A stretch of 64,000 nucleotides of DNA from Euryarchaeota archaeon RBG_13_57_23 (GTDB lineage Archaea; Thermoplasmatota; Thermoplasmata; UBA10834), in contig MGVW01000005.1 of the NCBI GenBank assembly GCA_001800675.1, forward strand, positions 7,493 through 71,492, given 5' to 3'. The notes beneath the pieces were generated by a model. The model had not been told where the DNA came from, ran no database searches, and saw nothing but the letters and a program-made list of their open reading frames with translations. This document shows, piece after piece, positions 58,501 through 64,000 of the stretch (the first letter of the stretch is position 1; the number at the start of each line of letters is the position of its first letter). Both the position numbers and the translations under genes were made by a program.

Positions 58501-60937
58501 CAAGCTTGACAAGGAAGAGATGAGAGAATCCCTGAGGAAGCTGGAGACCGCGAACATCGTTTTCAGGTCAGACCTGAGGGGCCAGACAGTGGTCTATTCG
58601 CTTGGGGAGTTCGAGTCGATGCCGAGGAAGGACTGTCTCATGGAGGCGGTGTCAAGACATCTCGCATATCACGCCCCGATTACCATCGACGACCTCGCGT
58701 ACGAGGTCGGAGTAACGGAGCAGGAAGCGGAGGAGGCACTCAATGAATTGGCCATGGACGAAATCGTCGTCTCAGGAAGGTTCGTTGTGGGTGAGCAACA
58801 GCAGTTCATGTTGGCCAGGGACTACCTCCGTCTCAAATCCGAGGGCAGACCTGTCTACGACAGGGAGACCGTACGGGCGTATTCGGAGCGGAAGCAATTC
58901 GGCAAAGTGGGTTCGGTCAGGGAGTTCTTCGACAAGTTCGGCGAGGCCGGGATGATCTATGACATCTTCCAGCGGGTCGACGGATTTGACATGCAGGAGT
59001 TCGGAGATCTCCGTAGCAAAGGGGAGATACTGCTCGGGAGGTTCGTGCGCGGCAGACTGCGCTATGTGCTTGCGGTAGACGCACCACATTTCCTTGGGGT
59101 TTATCGGCGCAATGAACTGGACAGATATGAATCTGAGATTGTTCGGACCATCGAGAGGTTGGGCTCAGGGACATTCCTGGAGATCGCCCAAGCCACTGGA
59201 TTTCCTCCTGATCTGATGAGAGAGCACTTCGATTCTCTTGATAGGAAAGGGTATCTCCTGAGAGAGTACGACGAGGCCGAGTCGTGGAGTTCTAGGAACG
59301 TCTACACAGTCTGCAAATTGGAGCCGGAGATCGAGAACCCGTACGAGCGCATAATAAGGAAATATCTCAGGGGGTTCGGCCCGGTGACGGTTCTCCAAGC
59401 CGCCTCTTACCTTGACGTGGATCCGAGCGAGGCCGAGGTACTCCTCAGAGGCACAGGTGCCAAGAGCATATTCGTGGGCCTCGAGCGGACCGAGATGTTC
59501 ATACTGCCTGACGAGCTCAGGGAGCTCGACCACGACCACGTTCCCGACGAGAGCCTGCGGATCCTCTCGCTTTACGACTCCTTCCTGAGCGACAAGTGGA
59601 CGGAGATAACTTCGAGGTTCGGGGAAGGCTGGATATTCCCACTTGTCAGGCACGGTAGAATCGTTGGAATGGTCGAGAAGTGGCTGCTCGCTGGCTCGGT
59701 CGAGATCCGCGAGATACTGCTGGACGACCCGGACACTCTCCCTCAACTCATACACTCGTTGGACTCGATGATGTCATTCTACAACGCACTGGGCGTTGAG
59801 ATAATCCGGGTACGAAGCATACTTGGGACAGATGTCTCCGAGGTCAAGGACGGGCTTAAGAGCGAGTTCCTCAAGCACGGCTACTCCGAATCGAACGGAA
59901 TGTTGGTCAAGGGCAGGCTTGTCACGGAATGCTTCGATCTTCAGCAGATACTGGAAGTCGCATTCTCCATGCAGCACCTGACTGGCGCCTCGAAGTTCAA
60001 GGACATGAATCAGGCGCTGGAGGCTTATGGAGGGCTTCGCTCGAACCAGGAGGCGCTTCTCCGTGTCAAGAAGTTCGAGCCGATCCCCAAGCTCCTGAAG
60101 CGCGGAGTGGTCCTCAGAGGTCATCTCATACCGGACAGGGTCGGCTTCTGTACCCCTGAGGCGGCCAGCTTGTACAGATCCGCGCGGTTCAGGGACCTCA
60201 GCGCAGACGAGAAGATCGTCACGCGCATCATCAAAGACCAGGAGCCTGTCAAGAGGGACCGACTGCTGGATCTGTCCCCGCTCGGACACGATGACACAAT
60301 CGAGGCACTCAAGGCCTTGTACAGTTCATCCAGGGTCTACATCGACAATTCCAATGCGTATGTCTCCTCCAAGCGACAGAGGACTTCGAAGGAGGCCGCA
60401 TGGACGAAGGTCATGGGACGAATCTTTGACAGCTTCGGGATAATGAGCGCCGAGTCCCTTGCGCTCCTGCTCGGCCACGAGATACCGATGCGCGAGCTGA
60501 GGCGCTGTCTACGGAGTCTGGAGGATGAGGGCAGATTGGTCAAGGGTTACATGCTCCGAGGGTCCGGGACCTTGCACTGGGCCAGCACCGCAGCCTTTGA
60601 GATGCTAGGCAAGGCGAAGTTCTCCGAGATCTTCGTCATGTCCCCGGGGGACATGGTCATCCAGTATCTCAGGGCCACCTTCCGCAACCTGTTGCCCGAG
60701 ACGGGCAGGTTCGCCATATTCCGCGGCACCGAGCTCATCGGATCGTTCGAGGGGAAGTTGAAGGGCGGCACTCTTGAGATATCGAATGCGCAGGGCGAAC
60801 CGGGGTGCGAGAGGATCATATCGGACTACGCGAAGAAGCTCGGCCTTGCTGCATCTGAGCGCGAGGAGGGGCGGATGTCCGAGTGGGAAATCATCGATTT
60901 CTACCAGAAGACTCACCCTGGCATGGGCGCCGACTGA
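55547..60937 (+). CDS. lhr: Large ATP-dependent SF2 helicase Lhr with a long C-terminal extension
   Basis: SPTGSGKT, SPLKAL, TTPES, DEVH, SAT, HHGSL, LELGIDIG, QRVGRAGH and PSW.GE; about 950 aa of wHTH-rich tail. Confidence 0.92.
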   Translation: MVTRVEDTGTTDEVLSLMHPTVSEWFRSKFGEVTEAQGMAVPLIHARRNVVVSSPTGSGKTLTAFLAIINELILLAEKGQLEDRIYAVYVSPLKALANDINENLIKPLSEISELFRAKGLTPPEVKVAVRTGDTLPSERQRQARSPPHIFITTPESLSLVLATPVFSTKFAGVDYVVVDEVHEICDSKRGVALSLALERLQNLCKKEFVRIGLSATVAPLEQVAEYLAGLSDGRPREINVVEVFKQRDLDLKVLCPTKDMTALSFEVVNSKMYDMLKDMINQHKTTLVFTNTRSGAESVVYKLKERGLENIGTHHGSLSRETRMDVEGSLRNGLLKAVVSSTSLELGIDIGSIDLVVQIGSPKSVAKGLQRVGRAGHQYGGTSTGRMVVFESDDLVECAVLCRAAHRKMIDRVTIPVNSLDVLAQTLVGMSIERRWKVEDAFDLIRRSYCYRDLPLEQFDSVLKYLGGKEQFEGIYAKLWYDDKERVFGRKRGARMIYYLNQGTIPEEADYQVYSERGSPVGSLSEKFVERLSQGDIFVLGGRSYEFIKSKATKVFVKSASGRKPTVPSWTGEMLPRSFDLSVAIGQFRGEMEQRLGTMPEQAIAAWLREEFGLDEGSSTTIVNYFKEQKAVAKVPTDSRLLVEGYVDATGNKSAIFHFPFGRRVNDALSRAYASVLSERLRSNVTVSVTDDSFMVTVPRSFKLEELGDMLRSENLERILRNAVRDSELFSQRFRHVATRSFMVLRNYKGKELSVSRQQLRSSRLLDALHEVEKFPVIAETYEEILTEVMDMEHAREVLASIERGERRIEYLPFSGVPSPFAHNVILVGVSDIVLMEDRSMLLRELHRKVLERALGEEAVSEYQFDPDVVEEYYAAKFPRIQSKEDIIGALRLVGPMNIFREKGENIFSHSKVAFDKLRSWGTELLREGKIHSVWIGEDLYVSSEEYPLYACLHSRQVDLGPSEKAIVDELKKSPRTQSELTGLIKLDKEEMRESLRKLETANIVFRSDLRGQTVVYSLGEFESMPRKDCLMEAVSRHLAYHAPITIDDLAYEVGVTEQEAEEALNELAMDEIVVSGRFVVGEQQQFMLARDYLRLKSEGRPVYDRETVRAYSERKQFGKVGSVREFFDKFGEAGMIYDIFQRVDGFDMQEFGDLRSKGEILLGRFVRGRLRYVLAVDAPHFLGVYRRNELDRYESEIVRTIERLGSGTFLEIAQATGFPPDLMREHFDSLDRKGYLLREYDEAESWSSRNVYTVCKLEPEIENPYERIIRKYLRGFGPVTVLQAASYLDVDPSEAEVLLRGTGAKSIFVGLERTEMFILPDELRELDHDHVPDESLRILSLYDSFLSDKWTEITSRFGEGWIFPLVRHGRIVGMVEKWLLAGSVEIREILLDDPDTLPQLIHSLDSMMSFYNALGVEIIRVRSILGTDVSEVKDGLKSEFLKHGYSESNGMLVKGRLVTECFDLQQILEVAFSMQHLTGASKFKDMNQALEAYGGLRSNQEALLRVKKFEPIPKLLKRGVVLRGHLIPDRVGFCTPEAASLYRSARFRDLSADEKIVTRIIKDQEPVKRDRLLDLSPLGHDDTIEALKALYSSSRVYIDNSNAYVSSKRQRTSKEAAWTKVMGRIFDSFGIMSAESLALLLGHEIPMRELRRCLRSLEDEGRLVKGYMLRGSGTLHWASTAAFEMLGKAKFSEIFVMSPGDMVIQYLRATFRNLLPETGRFAIFRGTELIGSFEGKLKGGTLEISNAQGEPGCERIISDYAKKLGLAASEREEGRMSEWEIIDFYQKTHPGMGAD

Positions 60938-60958
60938 GAATGGACAATAGTACAGTAG

Positions 60959-61282
60959 GTGTCCGGATCTAATCCGATTCGTGGTCGATATCGGTTTGTT
61001 GGGCGGAGGATCCTGTCCCTCTTCCTCAAGCCCATGAGGGAGATACCTTTGGCCGCCATGGGGGCGCTAGTGGACGGAGTGGTTGCCGCGATTGCGTCTT
61101 TCTACTTGCCTTCTGAGGTTTTCGCGATCGAGGAGTGGATAGTGCTCGTGATCAATTTCCTGGTCGTCGTATCCATCACACACTTGTTCTTCCACTTCAT
61201 CGAGGATTTGTTGTTGGTCGGCAGGATGGTCCTCGATTGGAAGCCCACAGTGGTTATTGTCGGGCTCGTCGCGATAGCCTAG
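60959..61282 (+). CDS. Small hypothetical membrane protein
   Basis: Three hydrophobic segments; fills the gap between lhr and the glycosylase. Confidence 0.45.
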   Translation: MSGSNPIRGRYRFVGRRILSLFLKPMREIPLAAMGALVDGVVAAIASFYLPSEVFAIEEWIVLVINFLVVVSITHLFFHFIEDLLLVGRMVLDWKPTVVIVGLVAIA

Positions 61283-61312
61283 GGCGTCCTGACACTGATG
61301 GACCTGCCGATT

Positions 61313-62167
61313 CTATCTTACCTCTGAGAAAGCGCACGCGTCTTCCTGAGCTGCAGATCTCTCGTTGAAGTACAGGTACTCCTGGGCATAGCCGGAGTAT
61401 TCTCCGAATCTCTCAGAGGCAAACTCGCTGAGCCTACGATACGATCCTTTCACGTGATATAGCCTGCCGAGAGCGCGTTCGATCCAGATATCGATCGGGA
61501 AAGCCTCGAGCTTTCCGAAACCGAAAAGCGAGACGCAGTCCGAGACCTTCTCACCGACGCCGTCTAGTTCCAAGAGCCTCTCCTTGAGGTCCGGGTACTC
61601 CAGTCGAGTCATGGATTTCATCTCGTTCGGCGTGAGAGAGTCGCACAATCCAGTCACATACTTGGCCCTATATCCGAGACCGCAACGCTCAAGCTCCTTC
61701 TCCGAGGCCTCTCCGAGCCTCTTGATGGTCGGGAAGGCGTGCGCCCCACCCGGGATGGGCTCTCCGTATTTCGTGCAGAGCGTGTCGATCATCTTCTTGA
61801 TGCGCGGTATGTTGGCATATGTTGCAAGAGTGTAGCTGACAAGACACTCCCACTCATCCATTTTGACGATCCGGAGACCGCGGTACTCCTTCATCCCTCG
61901 CACCAGGACTTCGTCCTTGGCCAGGGCTCTTTGGATTCTGGCGACGTCGTCATCTGCTCGCAGATACTCTCGGACTAGCCTCACGACACTGTTGTCCTCG
62001 GTGCTTGCATTGATGGACACTGATCTGGCAGACTGCCTCAGCGTCAGCTGGTATTTCCCCACGATGCCTGTCCATGAACCTCGCTCTAGCTCCTTCCACC
62101 TGAAGGTTTGACCACAATCCAGAGTGAGTGTCAGGTCAAGCGGGCTAATCTCTGTCTTGAAAATCAT
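61313..62167 (-). CDS. 8-oxoguanine DNA glycosylase (OGG1-like, HhH-GPD)
   Basis: TLDCGQTFRW, NIPRI, GLGYRA, GVGEKVSDC and FPIDIW with catalytic Lys/Asp. Confidence 0.9.
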   Translation of the reverse strand: MIFKTEISPLDLTLTLDCGQTFRWKELERGSWTGIVGKYQLTLRQSARSVSINASTEDNSVVRLVREYLRADDDVARIQRALAKDEVLVRGMKEYRGLRIVKMDEWECLVSYTLATYANIPRIKKMIDTLCTKYGEPIPGGAHAFPTIKRLGEASEKELERCGLGYRAKYVTGLCDSLTPNEMKSMTRLEYPDLKERLLELDGVGEKVSDCVSLFGFGKLEAFPIDIWIERALGRLYHVKGSYRRLSEFASERFGEYSGYAQEYLYFNERSAAQEDACAFSEVR

Positions 62168-62187
62168 TCAGAAGAACTTCCCGCACT

Positions 62188-62670
62188 TCATCTCTTGTAT
62201 CCGATCATTCGCAGGAACTTCTTCCTGTCGTCAGCGTCCTTCTCCGTCTCGACGCCCTTCGGCCGCTCCCCGTCAATCACTCCCAAGACGCCTCTTCCGC
62301 GTTCGTTCTCGGCGACGATGACATCGACAGGGTTCGCGGTAGCGCAAAAGATGGAACAGACTTCCTGCAAATCCTTGATCCTGTTGAGCACATTGATAGG
62401 ATAGGCGTTCTCGATCACGACGATGAAAGTGTGACCCGAGCCGATCCTCCCCGCGTTATCGGCTGCCACTTTCTTGAGGCGGTCGTCGTTACCATCAACT
62501 CGTATCAGACACGGTCCAGACGCCTCGCAGAATGCCAGCCCGAACTTGGCTCCGGGAACAGTGCTCACAATTGCCTCGTAGAGGTCCTCTGCAGTCTTGA
62601 TGAAGTGAGTCTGGCCGATGATCACGTTCGCGTTCTCCGGGATTTCGACCCTCACCGATTTTATATCCAT
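62188..62670 (-). CDS. Adenosine-specific kinase family protein
   Basis: GQTHFIKTAEDL, AFCEASG, PINVLN, CATANP, RGVLGVIDG. Confidence 0.88.
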   Translation of the reverse strand: MDIKSVRVEIPENANVIIGQTHFIKTAEDLYEAIVSTVPGAKFGLAFCEASGPCLIRVDGNDDRLKKVAADNAGRIGSGHTFIVVIENAYPINVLNRIKDLQEVCSIFCATANPVDVIVAENERGRGVLGVIDGERPKGVETEKDADDRKKFLRMIGYKR

Positions 62671-62846
62671 CTCTACCCCCACGTCTCCGCAACGACAATC
62701 GCGTGGAAATAAGTTTCTCCGGATGCCAGTCGTAGCCTCAGACTGTGTTGGAAAAACGCCGTTATCGAAAATCGAAATCAAAACGATTAACTATATATCC
62801 AGGCATACCGTAAACTGCATCTGAAATCCGAAGGAGGCCCCTCTAG

Positions 62847-64000
62847 TTGTCAGACTCCAGCGGGGACAAGCTCTGCCCGATATGCGATTCCCCCCTACAA
62901 CCCGGTTCGAAGAAATGTGGTTTCTGTGGGACCGACCTCTCGATCTTCGATATCGAGACTGAAACAGGCAGATCCACATCGGAACCAGCACCCTCTCAAC
63001 CCAAGGCATCACTAGAGAACAAGATCGAGGAGATACTCAGGCCTAGACCCGTAGAAGTGACCACTACACCACCTCCTGCGCCGTCTCCGCCTGCTGTGAA
63101 GAGGGCCGAGCCTCCTAAGCCAGAACCGCCGAGGCCGGAACCACGGAAGGAGGGGCGAACCATCTCCGAGGTCGTGGAGTCGAAGAGGCTTCCGGAGCCA
63201 CCGAAACCAGCTCCTCCAGTCGTTGCTGAAGAACCTAAGGAGTACTTCGAGTGCCCACAATGCGGCTCGGCGGTGGAGAACACCGCTTCTTCCTGTCCCA
63301 AGTGTGGAGTGTTGTTCACAGAAGAGGGCGCCGATTCATTCGAGTGCCCCGCTTGCAGTACTCTTGTCCCCCTCGATGCCAAGACGTGTCCAGGATGCGG
63401 TGCGGTTTTCGTTGAGGAAGAGGAAGCAGCCGCTGCACCGCCTCCGGCAACTCAGAAGCCTCCGGAGAAACCCGTCGCGGAGGTTAGAATCCCTCCCGCG
63501 AAGGCCGAGACAAAGGCAGCAGTGAAGGAGGAAGAGGAGGCTGCCGAAAAAGGCAAAGGCTTCATGGGATTGTTCAAACGCAAGAAGGAACCAGAGCCGA
63601 CACCTCCCCATGCGAAGCCCGCCCCGTCACCTGCCGCTCCAGCTCCGAAAGCTCCCGCTCCTGCCGGGAGACCGGCGGAAGCACAAGTCGTCAGAGAGGT
63701 CGCTCCCGCACCTGCCCCCAGGCCGTCGGTGAGGCCGGCTGCTGCTGAAGCACCCGGTGGGAGGGATAAGGGCAAGGACCTCGCGAGGATGGTGGCCGAG
63801 ATGAAGCCTCTTCTCGCCGTTGCTAGGGAGAAGGATGTCGACATCGGCGAGAGCAAGCTGTTGATCGACGAAGCTGCGGTTGCGGGAAGAGAGCGTCAGC
63901 TTGACAAGGCGATCGAGCTCGTGGACAAATCCAGGTTGGTGCTGATGGGTAAGATCGACGCGCAACTCGGACAGCTGGTCCTTCAGCTTAACGAGGAGAC
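62847..64000 (+). CDS. Large multi-zinc-ribbon, Pro-rich, helical protein (runs off the right window edge)
   Basis: Not in the ORF track. AGGAGG SD then TTG 62847; CPICD..CGFCG, CPQCG..CPKCG, CPACS..CPGCG; the frame appears open to the window end. Confidence 0.85.
   Translation, partial: MSDSSGDKLCPICDSPLQPGSKKCGFCGTDLSIFDIETETGRSTSEPAPSQPKASLENKIEEILRPRPVEVTTTPPPAPSPPAVKRAEPPKPEPPRPEPRKEGRTISEVVESKRLPEPPKPAPPVVAEEPKEYFECPQCGSAVENTASSCPKCGVLFTEEGADSFECPACSTLVPLDAKTCPGCGAVFVEEEEAAAAPPPATQKPPEKPVAEVRIPPAKAETKAAVKEEEEAAEKGKGFMGLFKRKKEPEPTPPHAKPAPSPAAPAPKAPAPAGRPAEAQVVREVAPAPAPRPSVRPAAAEAPGGRDKGKDLARMVAEMKPLLAVAREKDVDIGESKLLIDEAAVAGRERQLDKAIELVDKSRLVLMGKIDAQLGQLVLQLNEE

Noticed and set aside
63060-63760. 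Repetitive CCG/CCT/GAG-rich DNA
   Set aside because: Explained by Pro/Ala/Glu-rich protein linkers, not a DNA repeat element.
1-64000. tRNA, rRNA, CRISPR arrays, IS elements, integrases or defence systems
   Set aside because: None recognised. Intergenic gaps are short, and I saw no T-loop/cloverleaf, spaced repeat array or transposase motifs. Small ncRNAs cannot be excluded without a covariance search.

Overview
This is a gene-dense core-genome segment of an archaeon, most likely Thermoplasmatota. That placement rests on gene content (DP1, Orc1/Cdc6, MCM, PriS, A-type ATP synthase HIKECFABD, TiaS, L18Ae, prefoldin, an archaeal type IV pilin, DUF835/DUF3198-type proteins), and all family calls come from motif recognition without database searches. 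The window appears to contain the chromosomal replication origin: ORB boxes flanking an AT-rich stretch between cdc6 and hflX, about 23.77-24.07 kb. I found no rRNA, tRNA, CRISPR array, transposase, integrase or intein. The most unusual locus is 18.87-19.91 kb: a membrane-anchored winged-helix regulator with a His/Met loop, helically phased TTTTCA boxes, and a small secreted His/Cys protein whose alternating aromatic residues suggest cross-beta strands. Other highlights are an MCM gene that seems to start at ACG, an ECF ATPase pair with one degenerate composite site, and a 1796-aa Lhr helicase with an apparently triplicated AlkZ-like tail. The window also has two KaiC-like modules (one beside the pilin), a non-pyrrolysine MttB homologue, a LipS1-like radical SAM enzyme and a recurring AAACC-pyrimidine 3' motif.
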